Shown piece after piece: positions 33,728 through 43,142 of a DNA stretch of 64,000 nt. A program made the position numbers and the translations under genes. Below the pieces are notes generated by a model. That model saw nothing but the letters and a program-made list of their open reading frames with translations, searched no databases and was not told the DNA's origin. The stretch's first letter is position 1. Each line of letters starts with the position of its first letter. Source of the stretch: Anaerolineaceae bacterium (GTDB lineage: Bacteria; Chloroflexota; Anaerolineae; Anaerolineales; Villigracilaceae); the NCBI GenBank assembly GCA_009772985.1, contig WOUS01000012.1, positions 46,044 through 110,043 of the forward strand. Direction: 5' to 3'.

Positions 33728-35278
33728 ATGAACCTCCTTTCCGTCCTGCTCGCCCTGCTGCCTATCCTCGTCGTCCTCATCCTGCTCGTCTGGCGGAAAA
33801 TGGCCGCCGACCTGGCCGGACTCATCGGCTGGAGCGTGGCCGCGCTGGCTGCCGTCCTGTACTTCCAGACCCCGCTCACGGTCACGCTGAAAGCCAGTCT
33901 CTCCGGCGTGGTGGCCTCCTTCCCCATCACGCTGATGGTCGCCGCCTCGCTCCTGCAAGTCTTCCTGATGGCCGAGACCGGCGCGCTGGCCCGCGTGGTG
34001 GCGCTCATCAAGACCGTCGCCCCCAAGGACCAGGTCGTGCAGATCATGATCGTCAACGTCGGCTTCGGCACCCTGCTGGCCGCGCTGGGGGCCACGCCAG
34101 TCTCCATCCTGCCGCCCATCATGCTCGCCCTCGGCTACACGTCCTTCGTCGCCATCGCCCTGCCCGCCCTCGGCTACGACGCCCTCTGCACCTACGCCCT
34201 GCTCGGCGTCCCGGTGGTTGTCTTTTCCGGCCTGGTCGGCAAACCGGTGGATGAAGTCGGCGGCTACTTCGCCCGCTTCATGCCGGTCATCAGCGCGTGC
34301 ATCGCCATCGGCATGTTGTGGATTGTCGGACGCTGGAAACTGGTCTGGCGGGGACTGCTCCCGGCGCTGCTTGCGGGACTTTCAGCCGGTTTCGTCGCCG
34401 TCGGCATGAACGCCCTCGGGCTGGTCCCGCTGACCGGCGTTGCCGCGGGCCTGGGCGTGGTGCTGGTGATGTTTTTGTATTTACTGGCTACGCGCAGGCC
34501 GTTAAGAGACCGCGGCGTGTTGACCAAAGCGGACCTGACCGCCGAGAAGCGCATCCCGCTGTGGGCCGCCCTGTCGCCCTGGCTCATCCTGGTTGTTTTC
34601 GCAATATTGGTGAATCTGCCCTCCCTGCCCTTCTACACCCTGACCTTCAAGACCCTCGCCATGCCCATGGAGATCATCCCCGGCGCGCCCGAGAAGATGC
34701 GCCTGTTCTGGCAGGCCTATTTCTGGATCCTGGTCAGCACCCTGCTGGCCCTGCCCTTTCTGAAACCGACCAAGAAACAACTCGGCGACTCGTTCAAGAA
34801 GTGGCTCAAGCGCGCTCCGCGTCCCATGCTGGCGTCGGCGGTCTTCTTCGCCATCGCCTATCTGATGAACCACTCCGGCAAGGGACTCGACTGGACGCTG
34901 GCAAACCCGGACAACAACATGATCGCCGTGCTGGCGAACGCCTCGTCCGCCGCGTTCGGGCGATTCTACCCGCTGGCGGCTCCGTACCTGGGCCTGCTGG
35001 CCGGCTTCGTCAGCGGATCGGAAGCCTCGGCTATCGCCATGCTCACCAGCCTGCACCTGTCCACTGCCGAAACCATCGGCGCGGCGGGACTGCTGATCGC
35101 CGCCGCCAGCGGCATCGGCGGCGGGCTGGCCTCGGTCATCTCCCCGGCCAAACTCCAGAACGCCGCCGCGGCCATAGACCGCATCGGCGAGGAATCCTCC
35201 ATCCTGCGCGTCACCTTCGTCATCTCGCTGGTCATCACCGCCGTCGCCGCGGTCATGGCGATGGTGTGGGCATTTTGA
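33728..35278 (+). CDS. L-lactate permease (LctP/GlcA family)
   Basis: 516 aa with many TM helices. The N-terminus is [19 protein letters not shown]. The C-terminal segment [17 protein letters not shown] resembles the LctP TGSDTSSN region. Confidence 0.8.
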   Translation: MNLLSVLLALLPILVVLILLVWRKMAADLAGLIGWSVAALAAVLYFQTPLTVTLKASLSGVVASFPITLMVAASLLQVFLMAETGALARVVALIKTVAPKDQVVQIMIVNVGFGTLLAALGATPVSILPPIMLALGYTSFVAIALPALGYDALCTYALLGVPVVVFSGLVGKPVDEVGGYFARFMPVISACIAIGMLWIVGRWKLVWRGLLPALLAGLSAGFVAVGMNALGLVPLTGVAAGLGVVLVMFLYLLATRRPLRDRGVLTKADLTAEKRIPLWAALSPWLILVVFAILVNLPSLPFYTLTFKTLAMPMEIIPGAPEKMRLFWQAYFWILVSTLLALPFLKPTKKQLGDSFKKWLKRAPRPMLASAVFFAIAYLMNHSGKGLDWTLANPDNNMIAVLANASSAAFGRFYPLAAPYLGLLAGFVSGSEASAIAMLTSLHLSTAETIGAAGLLIAAASGIGGGLASVISPAKLQNAAAAIDRIGEESSILRVTFVISLVITAVAAVMAMVWAF

Positions 35279-35312
35279 TCGTCATCCAATCCGTTTTTTG
35301 AAGGAGCCTCCC

Positions 35313-35627
35313 ATGTCCGACCAATTCGAAAATGTCACCATCATCAAGAAAGCCAACGTCTACTTCGACGGCAAAGTCACCAGCCGTAACGTCTTCTTCC
35401 CGGACGGCACGCGCAAGACGCTCGGATTCATGCTGCCCGGCGAGTACGAGTTCGGCACCGCCGCCCCGGAACTGATGGAAATCCTGGCGGGCGAGATGGA
35501 TGTGCTCCTGCCCGGCCGCGACGCGTGGCAGACCGTCCGCGCGGGCGGGTCGTTCAGCGTCCCGGCCAACTCCAAATTCAAACTGGCGCTCAAGGTCCCG
35601 GCGGATTACTGCTGTTCGTACGGATAA
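35313..35627 (+). CDS. ppnP: pyrimidine/purine nucleoside phosphorylase PpnP (DUF1255)
   Basis: [58 protein letters not shown] is the characteristic PpnP/YaiE sequence. Confidence 0.9.
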   Translation: MSDQFENVTIIKKANVYFDGKVTSRNVFFPDGTRKTLGFMLPGEYEFGTAAPELMEILAGEMDVLLPGRDAWQTVRAGGSFSVPANSKFKLALKVPADYCCSYG

Positions 35628-35660
35628 GACGAATTAACCCGCGGCTAATCTGAATACGAT

Positions 35661-35701
35661 AAAATTACTCCTGTTTGCCGGTTCAGAACAGGAGTAATTT
35701 T
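35661..35701 (+). promoter_or_regulatory. perfect 15-bp stem hairpin that ends at the msrP start codon and contains its Shine-Dalgarno
   Basis: aaaattactcctgtt (35661..35675) pairs with aacaggagtaatttt (35687..35701). The ATG is at 35702. The hairpin could act as the ppnP terminator, as a translational occluder of msrP, or both. Confidence 0.6.
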
Positions 35702-36688
35702 ATGGAGCAAAAACTCAAACACGTTGACATCCCCTCGTCCGAGATCACGCCGGAGAGTCTGTATCTCTCCCGCCGCGACTGGCTGAAGGTGATGGGCATC
35801 GTCAGCGCGGGGGCGCTGCTGGCGGCGTGCGCCCCGAAACTGTCCGGGATAACGGCAACAGGTTCAGGGTCCAGCCCCGAGACGCAGGGCGCGCCGGTGC
35901 CAGATAACGCCCACGGGCAGACCGCGGACGAGTTCGGCAATCCGCTCAACACGTTCGACGAGATCGCCAATTACAACAACTACTACGAGTTCAGCACCGC
36001 CAAGGACGCCGTCGCTTCGCTGGCGGCGGATTTCAAATCCACGCCCTGGGCAGTGGAGGTGGACGGGCTGGTGCAAAACCCGAGGACCTGGTCGCTGGAC
36101 GAACTGCTCCGGTTCGAGCAGAAGGAACGCGTCTACCGGCTGCGCTGCGTGGAAGCGTGGAGCATGGTCATCCCGTGGACCGGCTTCCAGTTGAGCGATC
36201 TGCTGGCAGAGGCCGCGCCGATGGCGAGCGCCAAATACGTGGAGTTCACCACACTGATGGACGAAGAGCAGATGCCCGGCGTGGGCAGCCGGTTCTATCC
36301 CTGGCCGTACACCGAGGGCCTGCGCCTCGACGAAGCCATGCACCGGCTGACCATCCTTGCCACCGGGCTGTACGGCAAGCCGCTCCCCAACCAGGACGGC
36401 GCGCCCCTGCGGCTGGTGGTGCCGTGGAAATACGGCTTCAAATCCATCAAGGCCATCGTTCGCATCCGGCTGACCGAAGAGCGCCCGCAGACCTTCTGGA
36501 ACACCATCGCGCCGGACGAATACGGCTTCTACTCCAACGTCAACCCGGAGGTGGACCACCCGCGCTGGTCGCAGGCCACCGAGCGGCGCATCGGCGAACT
36601 CAGCCGCCGCGACACGCTCATGTTCAACGGTTACGGCGGGGAAGTGGCTGGGCTGTACGCGGGGATGGACTTGAGCATCAATTACTGA
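35702..36688 (+). CDS. msrP: protein-methionine-sulfoxide reductase catalytic subunit MsrP (YedY, molybdopterin)
   Basis: It has a Tat-like signal (SRRDWLKVMGIVSAGALLAACAP). It has YedY-type motifs: NNYYEF, RLRCVEAWSMVIPWTGF and PLRLVVPWKYGFKSIK. Confidence 0.9.
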   Translation: MEQKLKHVDIPSSEITPESLYLSRRDWLKVMGIVSAGALLAACAPKLSGITATGSGSSPETQGAPVPDNAHGQTADEFGNPLNTFDEIANYNNYYEFSTAKDAVASLAADFKSTPWAVEVDGLVQNPRTWSLDELLRFEQKERVYRLRCVEAWSMVIPWTGFQLSDLLAEAAPMASAKYVEFTTLMDEEQMPGVGSRFYPWPYTEGLRLDEAMHRLTILATGLYGKPLPNQDGAPLRLVVPWKYGFKSIKAIVRIRLTEERPQTFWNTIAPDEYGFYSNVNPEVDHPRWSQATERRIGELSRRDTLMFNGYGGEVAGLYAGMDLSINY

Positions 36689-36697
36689 TTTTGTTTT

Positions 36698-37357
36698 ATG
36701 CGACATTTCCCCTGGCTCCGCATTCTCGTCCACATTATCGGCTGGCTGCCGCTGGCGAAACTTATCTTCGATTTCGCCGCGCACAACCTGACCGTCAACC
36801 CGATCCAGGAGATCGAACAGCGGCTGGGCAGGGCAGCGCTGTACTTCCTCGCCGCCGCGCTGGCGATCACGCCGGTTCACACGCTGACCGGCTGGAGGTC
36901 CGTGCTGCCGCGCCGCCGCGCCCTCGGCCTCTACGCCTTCTTCTACGCCAGCCTGCACTTCCTGACCTTCGCCGGACTCGATTACGGATTCAACCTCGCG
37001 CAAATCCTGGACCTCGTTACCACGAAACCATATATCATCGCCGGCACGCTGGCGTTCAGTCTCCTCGTCCCGCTGGCCGTCACCTCGTTCGACTATTTCA
37101 TCCGCCGCATGAAGAAAAACTGGAAGCGCCTGCACCGGCTGGTCTATCCGGCCGGGCTGATCGTCATCGTCCATTTCGTCTGGGCGCGCAAAGGCAACCT
37201 GTTCCAGTTGCAGGGAGACGTGCTCCAACCGCTGCTGTGGGGATTGCTGGTTGTGTTCCTGCTCATCCTCCGCATCCCCGCGGCCCGCAAGTGGGTCAGC
37301 GGACTGAGACAAAGTATCATGGGACGCAGACGAGCGCAGACACACGCGGAAAAATAA
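36698..37357 (+). CDS. msrQ: heme-binding membrane subunit MsrQ (YedZ)
   Basis: It lies immediately downstream of msrP. It has a ferric-reductase-like TM domain with conserved His residues (YASLHFLTF, VIVHFVW). Confidence 0.85.
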   Translation: MRHFPWLRILVHIIGWLPLAKLIFDFAAHNLTVNPIQEIEQRLGRAALYFLAAALAITPVHTLTGWRSVLPRRRALGLYAFFYASLHFLTFAGLDYGFNLAQILDLVTTKPYIIAGTLAFSLLVPLAVTSFDYFIRRMKKNWKRLHRLVYPAGLIVIVHFVWARKGNLFQLQGDVLQPLLWGLLVVFLLILRIPAARKWVSGLRQSIMGRRRAQTHAEK

Positions 37358-37465
37358 TTGTCATAAAATCCGCGTTTTCCGCGTTAATCCGCGTCCCATG
37401 ATTTGACGCCGCGTCCGTTCTGCACTATCATAGCAGCGGACGCGATTTTATTTCCAGAGGAAGCC

Positions 37466-38791
37466 ATGCCAGCCAGGAAAACCACCCCCATTTACGAACG
37501 CCCCGCCGAACTGCTCCAGAACCTGATCCGTTTCGACACCACCAATCCGCCCGGTAACGAGCGCCCGTGCATCGAGTACATCAACGGACTGCTCAAGGAT
37601 GCCGGGTTCAAGACCACCGTGGTTGCCAAAACGCGCAACCGCCCCAACCTCATCACCCGGCTGAAAGGCACTGGCAATGCTCCCCCGCTCCTGCTCTACG
37701 GCCACGTGGATGTGGTCACGACCGAGTCCCAGCAGTGGACCCATCCGCCCTTCGAGGGCCGTCTCGTAGACGGCTACGTCTGGGGCCGCGGCGCGCTGGA
37801 TATGAAACACGGCGTCGCCATGTACTTGGCCGCCTTTCTGAAAGCCAAAGCCGAGGGCTTGTCCCTGCCCGGCGACGTGATCTTCGCTGCCGTCGCGGAC
37901 GAGGAGTCAGGCGACGACTTCGGCGTCCGTTACCTGGTGGACGAACATCCCGATTTGTTCGAAGGCGTGCGCTACGCCCTGGGCGAGTTCGGCGGCTTTA
38001 ACCTGTCCATTGGCGGCAAACGCTTCTATCCAATCATGGTCGCCGAGAAACAAATTTGCTGGACGAAAGCAACCTTCCGCGGCCGCGGCGGGCACGGCTC
38101 GATGCCCGTGCACGGACAGGCGATGGCAAAACTCGCGCGTGCCCTGCGCCTGCTCGACGAACGCCCGCTCCCGGTCCACGTGACGCCCGCCGTGCGGACG
38201 ATGATCGAATGCCTGGCAAAGAACCTGGGCGGCGTCTCCGGTCTGGCCGTTCGCCAGATTCTCAACCCTGCACTAACGAACACCTTCCTGAAAGCGCTCG
38301 GTGAACGCGGCGGCCTGTTCGCTCCCCTGCTCCACAACACCGTCAGCCCGACCATGCTCAAGGCCAGCGAGAAGGTCAACGTCATCCCGGGCGAGGTGAC
38401 GCTGGGGCTGGATGGACGCCTGGTGCCGGGCGCAAAACCGGAAGACATGCTCCGGGAACTGCACACTTTGCTCGGTGAAGATGTGGAACTCGAAGTCGTC
38501 AAAGCGGACCCCGGGCCTGCCGCGCCGAACATGGACCTGTTCGATACCCTGGGCGGGATTCTGCGCCAGTTCGATCCGGCGGGAATCCCTCTGCCCTTCG
38601 TCTTGTCCGGCGTGACCGATGCCCGCTTCCTCTCGAAACTCCGCATTCAGACCTACGGCTACACCCCGCTGCAACTGCCGGACGATTTCAGTTTCATCGG
38701 TACCATCCACGCCGCCGACGAGCGCGTCCCGGTAAAAGCGATGGACTTTGGAGTGCAGGCAGTGTATCAAGCAATACAGAGATTTCACTAG
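37466..38791 (+). CDS. M20 family metallopeptidase (dipeptidase/ArgE/DapE-like)
   Basis: Motifs are IRFDTTNPPGNE, LLLYGHVDVV, ADEESG and GRGGHGSMP. Confidence 0.85.
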   Translation: MPARKTTPIYERPAELLQNLIRFDTTNPPGNERPCIEYINGLLKDAGFKTTVVAKTRNRPNLITRLKGTGNAPPLLLYGHVDVVTTESQQWTHPPFEGRLVDGYVWGRGALDMKHGVAMYLAAFLKAKAEGLSLPGDVIFAAVADEESGDDFGVRYLVDEHPDLFEGVRYALGEFGGFNLSIGGKRFYPIMVAEKQICWTKATFRGRGGHGSMPVHGQAMAKLARALRLLDERPLPVHVTPAVRTMIECLAKNLGGVSGLAVRQILNPALTNTFLKALGERGGLFAPLLHNTVSPTMLKASEKVNVIPGEVTLGLDGRLVPGAKPEDMLRELHTLLGEDVELEVVKADPGPAAPNMDLFDTLGGILRQFDPAGIPLPFVLSGVTDARFLSKLRIQTYGYTPLQLPDDFSFIGTIHAADERVPVKAMDFGVQAVYQAIQRFH

Positions 38792-38812
38792 GATGCGAAT
38801 CTACAATTCACA

Positions 38813-38843
38813 TTCTCCCGGAGACTGCCAGCCTCCGGGAGAA
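38813..38843 (+). terminator. 11-bp stem hairpin after the peptidase gene
   Basis: ttctcccggag actgccagc ctccgggagaa. Confidence 0.55.
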
Positions 38844-38948
38844 TATAGTACAATTTAACCCTGCGGTCTCACCCCGCATTTACCCTTTCACGCCACAATT
38901 GCCATCGGCGTTTTTCTCCCCCTGCTCGCCTTGATACCGAGGTGGTAA

Positions 38949-39218
38949 ATGAACACATGCCAAAAATGCAATGCACCGCTCAAGGGGTCAGAAAGATTTT
39001 GCCCAAAGTGCGGGAACAGAGTAATGACAAATGCTCAAATTTGGATGTTGGTGGGGTTGTTGATTTTGTTTATCGTCGGAAGAACTTATACGCTTTTTGG
39101 TGCTGCAATTGGATATCTTTTCAACAAGAACGACAGGATCAGGGGTGCATTTGCGGGCGCGTGCGTAGGCTTCGGGGTCGCCATATTTATATTTGCAATC
39201 ATTTGGTTTGCAAACTAA
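38949..39218 (+). CDS. small zinc-ribbon plus 2-TM protein
   Basis: CQKCNAPLKGSERFCPKCG is followed by two hydrophobic helices. GAGGTGG RBS. The stretch is lower in GC. Confidence 0.55.
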   Translation: MNTCQKCNAPLKGSERFCPKCGNRVMTNAQIWMLVGLLILFIVGRTYTLFGAAIGYLFNKNDRIRGAFAGACVGFGVAIFIFAIIWFAN

Positions 39219-39234
39219 GTAGAAAGAAGTCGGC

Positions 39235-39816
39235 ATGAAACACAAGAAGAGGCGCGGTCACAATTGGGTCTGGTTTGCGTTTGTACTGGTGGGGTTGTTT
39301 TCGTACTTTCAGGTATATCGGATGATTTCAGCAGAGGCTTCACGGGATATCTTTCCCGCCGCCACCCCAACACAGACGCACCGACCGACAAGCACGCGCG
39401 CCCCAACCTCCACGCCCACCAACTATCATCCCGTTTCGTGGACAGATTTGAACTATTTTCTCGCAAGCGATAGAGTAAATATGTACGATTACACTTCTTC
39501 CTACAACTGCCTGAATTTCTCGTTTGACTTGGTTGTTCTAGCCAGGAAACAAAACATAAGTGCATGGATTGTTGCGGTTGATTTTTACAACGAAGATACT
39601 GGTCATGCCTTCGTTGCTTTTGAGACCACCGATAAGGGTATAGTTTATATCGAGCCGCAGAGCGACTATCGCCTTACGGCCCCCAAGATTGGCGAGCGGC
39701 TCTGTGATTACTGGCACGAGCGTGGTTGTTTTGGCGTCGTATCTAAAATCTATGATCCGGTGGAATGTAGGTCCCCGACCTTAAGGGACTGTTCGTTTAC
39801 GGACGGCCAGAAATAA
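39235..39816 (+). CDS. membrane-anchored protein with possible transglutaminase/papain-like Cys-His core
   Basis: It has an N-terminal TM anchor and a Pro/Thr linker. Candidate catalytic residues are in YNCLNFSFDL (Cys), DTGHAFVAFE (His) and VYIEPQSD (acid). Confidence 0.5.
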   Translation: MKHKKRRGHNWVWFAFVLVGLFSYFQVYRMISAEASRDIFPAATPTQTHRPTSTRAPTSTPTNYHPVSWTDLNYFLASDRVNMYDYTSSYNCLNFSFDLVVLARKQNISAWIVAVDFYNEDTGHAFVAFETTDKGIVYIEPQSDYRLTAPKIGERLCDYWHERGCFGVVSKIYDPVECRSPTLRDCSFTDGQK

Positions 39817-39937
39817 TCCGCTTTACTATCTGGTCCGCCGTCAGCACCGAGGCCCAAGCCAAAAGCATCAGCCCGATGGATTCTCCCGGCATCTGGCAGA
39901 CGCCGGGAGAATAATTTCCAACACAAAGGAGAACCCC

Positions 39938-40570
39938 ATGACCGATCACGCTTTGCAAGCCCTGTCCATCCTGCGGGATGGCAGCCAGTTCCAGTGGTAC
40001 GTTGTCGTCCTGCTGGCCTTTGTCTTCTACGTCTACACCGTGGAAGCCGAGAAACGCAACTGGAGCCTCATCCTGGCCGGCCTGGCCTTCTGGGGCATGG
40101 ACTGGTTCAACGAGATCTGGAACTCGCTCGTCCTGCACTTCACCGGCTACGCGCCGGTCTGGGGCGCGCCGGGCGATACCGCCTTCCTCATCCTGGTCGG
40201 GCTGAACATCGAGATCATGTTCATGTTCGCCGTCAGCGGCGTCATCTGGAGCAAGATGCTGCTGCCCGATAAAAAGACCAAAATCCTCGGCATTCCCAAC
40301 CGCTGGTTCATCGCCGTCGCCGGGTCGGCCTTCTGCGTCTTCGTCGAATACCTGCTCAACTCGGCCAACGCCCTCACCTGGGACTACGCCTGGTGGAACC
40401 GCGGCGCGCCGTGGCTCATCTTCCTCTTCGGCTACCTGACCTTTTTCATCGCCGCCTTCTGGGTCTTCGACATGAAAACGATGAAGAGCAAACTCATCAC
40501 CGTCGGGACCATCTGGGCGGTGGACATCCTGGCACTGATCCTCTTCATCCCCATCCTGCACTGGATTTAG
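39938..40570 (+). CDS. polytopic membrane protein, unknown function
   Basis: AAAGGAG RBS. 210 aa, about 6 TM helices. Confidence 0.75.
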   Translation: MTDHALQALSILRDGSQFQWYVVVLLAFVFYVYTVEAEKRNWSLILAGLAFWGMDWFNEIWNSLVLHFTGYAPVWGAPGDTAFLILVGLNIEIMFMFAVSGVIWSKMLLPDKKTKILGIPNRWFIAVAGSAFCVFVEYLLNSANALTWDYAWWNRGAPWLIFLFGYLTFFIAAFWVFDMKTMKSKLITVGTIWAVDILALILFIPILHWI

Positions 40571-40580
40571 CCTTAAATCG

Positions 40581-40609
40581 TTCGGCCAGCAGTTGAACTG
40601 CTGGCCGAA
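40581..40609. terminator. bidirectional terminator hairpin between convergent genes
   Basis: ttcggccagcag ttgaa ctgctggccgaa (perfect 12-bp stem). Confidence 0.65.
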
Positions 40610-40618
40610 TTGTTTCGC

Positions 40619-41137
40619 TCACTTCACCTCGTGAACGAGGTCCTTCAACTCACGCCGCGGCCGCGGGTGCGGCTCCTTCCCGGCATAGCCGATCGGAAGC
40701 AGGATGATGGGCCGCAAGCCTTCGGGCAGGCGCAGGATTTCGCTGACCGCCTTCTCATCGAACGCGCCCACCCAAACGGTATCCAACCCCAGCGCCTTGG
40801 CGGCCAGTTGAGCATAGGCACAGGCAATCGTGGCATCCTGAATCGAGTACAGGGTCGCCCCGCGCTCGCCATATTTCACCGCCGAGCGCGAGGGGTTGGC
40901 GCAAAATGCCAGCGCCACCGGCGCTTCGGCCAGGAATTCCTGGTTCAACGCAGCCTTGACCAGCGCCTGCCGGTCCTTCAATTTCCGCACAATGTAAATT
41001 TCATAGCCCTGCATGTTTCCTCCCGAGGGCGCTTTGTTGGCGGTTTCCAGGATGCGGGTTAACTTCTCCGCCTCCACCGGCTTGTCGGCATACTTGCGCA
41101 TCGAACGGCGCTCTTCCACAATTTGAAAGAAATCCAT
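40619..41137 (-). CDS. nitroreductase family protein
   Basis: It has ERRSMRKYADKPVEAEKLTRILETANKAPSGGNMQ. The size and pattern are typical of NAD(P)H-flavin nitroreductases. Confidence 0.9.
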   Translation of the reverse strand: MDFFQIVEERRSMRKYADKPVEAEKLTRILETANKAPSGGNMQGYEIYIVRKLKDRQALVKAALNQEFLAEAPVALAFCANPSRSAVKYGERGATLYSIQDATIACAYAQLAAKALGLDTVWVGAFDEKAVSEILRLPEGLRPIILLPIGYAGKEPHPRPRRELKDLVHEVK

Positions 41138-41232
41138 GGCTCCTCCGTGCCTTACTTTACCACGCCTGGCCGGTTTGACGCAAGCGGGTTTTTGCTATAA
41201 ACTACAAGTATTCTATTTTTGCGAGGCTTTTT

Positions 41233-42093
41233 ATGGATATTTCCTTGAAGGGAAAAACCGCCCTCGTCACCGGCGGGACGAGCGGCATCGGGCTGGAGAC
41301 GGCGCGCGCGCTGGCGCGGCTGGGCGCGCAGGTAACAATCGTCAGCCGGAGCGCGGAACGGTGCGCGCAGGCGGCCACCCGCCTCGGGTCCCGCGAGACC
41401 GGGAACCCGGTCGCGTGGATCGCCGCGGACTTGTCCACGCTGGAAGGCGTCATGCAGGCCGCCATGACGTTCAAGCAGCAGCACACCCGTCTCCACATCC
41501 TGGTCAACAACGCCGGGGGCATTTTCTTCAAGCGCGCCCTGACCCGCGACGGCTTCGAGACCACCTTCGCCCTCAACCACCTCGGCTATTTCCTGCTCAC
41601 CATCCTCCTGCTGGACACGCTCAAATCCAGCGCGCCGGCGCGCATCGTCAACGTGGCTTCGGGGATGCACGCCCGTGTGAAGGCGCTGGATTTCGCCAAC
41701 CTGCAAGGGGAACAGAAATACAGCGGCTGGGACGCCTACGCCCGCTCGAAACTCTGCAACCTGCTGTTCGCGTACGAACTGGCGCGGCGGCTGGAGGGGA
41801 GCGGCGTGACCGCCAACGCCCTGACGCCCGGCTACGTGGCCACCAACATTGGCGCGGACAACGGCCCCCTGTTCGAAACATTCGCCAAACTCTCGGCACG
41901 GCTGTTCGGGCGCAGGCCGGAGGTGGGCGCGCGCACCGGCGTCCACCTGGCGGCCGCGCCCGAAGTCGAGGGCGTGACCGGCAAATACTTCGCGGATTGC
42001 AGGGAAATTCCCTCCAGCCCGCTTTCGCACGACCGGGCCGCGGCCGAAAAACTCTGGCAGGTCAGCCTGGAACTGGCCGGGAAGGCGATTTGA
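41233..42093 (+). CDS. short-chain dehydrogenase/reductase (SDR)
   Basis: The cofactor motif is TGGTSGIG, with NNAG and the catalytic YARSK. Confidence 0.9.
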   Translation: MDISLKGKTALVTGGTSGIGLETARALARLGAQVTIVSRSAERCAQAATRLGSRETGNPVAWIAADLSTLEGVMQAAMTFKQQHTRLHILVNNAGGIFFKRALTRDGFETTFALNHLGYFLLTILLLDTLKSSAPARIVNVASGMHARVKALDFANLQGEQKYSGWDAYARSKLCNLLFAYELARRLEGSGVTANALTPGYVATNIGADNGPLFETFAKLSARLFGRRPEVGARTGVHLAAAPEVEGVTGKYFADCREIPSSPLSHDRAAAEKLWQVSLELAGKAI

Positions 42094-42109
42094 TGCCGCC
42101 GGCTGCGGG

Positions 42110-43003
42110 TCAGGCCGGCTGCGGGCCGCGCACGACCAGCGTCGAGCAGCCCGAGTAATGCACCAGTTTGCGGGAAACGCTGCCCATCAGCCACGAGCGG
42201 ATCTGGCTCAGGCCGCGCGAACCGCTGACGGTCAGGTCAATTTTCTGGTCCTTGATGTACTCGATGATCTCCGTGGCGGCGTCGCCGCGCTTCAAAACGG
42301 GCGCGGCTTTGATATCGAAGCCGGCCAGCAATTGGACCGTGCGCTCCAGCAGGGCTTTCCCGTTCGCTTCCTCGCGCGCCCGTTCGGCCGCAACCGCCTC
42401 CGTCACAACCAGCGGTTCGTAGACCATGCGTTCGGCGCCGCCATACGCCGCCATAACCGGCAGGGGCGGAGGCGGGAGCACGTGCATCACCCGCACGTCC
42501 AGCCCGGCGGGGAACGGGAACTGGCCGAAGTATTCCATCGCCCGCTGGCTGTTGGCCGAACCGTCGGTGAGCAGCAGGACGCGCCGGAGGGCGGCATAAG
42601 GCGGCCTGACGACCAGCACCGGGCAGGCGGAATACTCCACCACCTGCTGGGCCACGCCGCCCAGCAGGATGCCGAGGGTCGCCCGCAGTCCCTTTGCGCC
42701 GAGAACGATCAGGTCAATTTTGTGTTCCTGCGCGTATTCGACGATCTTCTGCGCCGGGGAACCGAGCAGCAACTCGGAATCCGCCTGGAGGCCTTTGTTC
42801 TTCAACGCCGCGCACGTCTGCGCCAGGGCCTCCTCCAGGGGGCCAAGTTCGGCAGCCTGCTGGGAGCCGAACATGCGCAGCACGGTGACCCGGCACCGGG
42901 GCGGCAGGGGCAGGTCGCTCACCAGGGCGACCGCCGCGCGGGCATGTTCCGACCCGTCGTCTGCCAGCAGGAGCCTTCCACAGACTTTGCTTTGAGTGAC
43001 CAT
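42110..43003 (-). CDS. tandem universal stress protein (UspA family)
   Basis: It has two USP repeats, each ending G(A/S)(K/R)G......GSV(A/S)..V......PVLVV / TLVV. Confidence 0.9.
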   Translation of the reverse strand: MVTQSKVCGRLLLADDGSEHARAAVALVSDLPLPPRCRVTVLRMFGSQQAAELGPLEEALAQTCAALKNKGLQADSELLLGSPAQKIVEYAQEHKIDLIVLGAKGLRATLGILLGGVAQQVVEYSACPVLVVRPPYAALRRVLLLTDGSANSQRAMEYFGQFPFPAGLDVRVMHVLPPPPLPVMAAYGGAERMVYEPLVVTEAVAAERAREEANGKALLERTVQLLAGFDIKAAPVLKRGDAATEIIEYIKDQKIDLTVSGSRGLSQIRSWLMGSVSRKLVHYSGCSTLVVRGPQPA

Positions 43004-43083
43004 TTCTACCTCCTTTCAGAACAGGGATCAGGCGTTACATCCATACATACTGTAGCACAAACCGGCGCGAATTTCTACTCCCT

Positions 43084-43112
43084 TTGACAAAAGAACAACA
43101 TTGGCATAAACT
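43084..43112 (+). promoter_or_regulatory. sigma70-like promoter candidate TTGACA-17-TAAACT
   Basis: ttgaca is at 43084..43089 and taaact at 43107..43112. This is about 30 nt upstream of the yfcC-like ATG. Confidence 0.35.
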
Positions 43113-43142
43113 ATTCCCATCCAATCATTCGAGGAGAAACAC

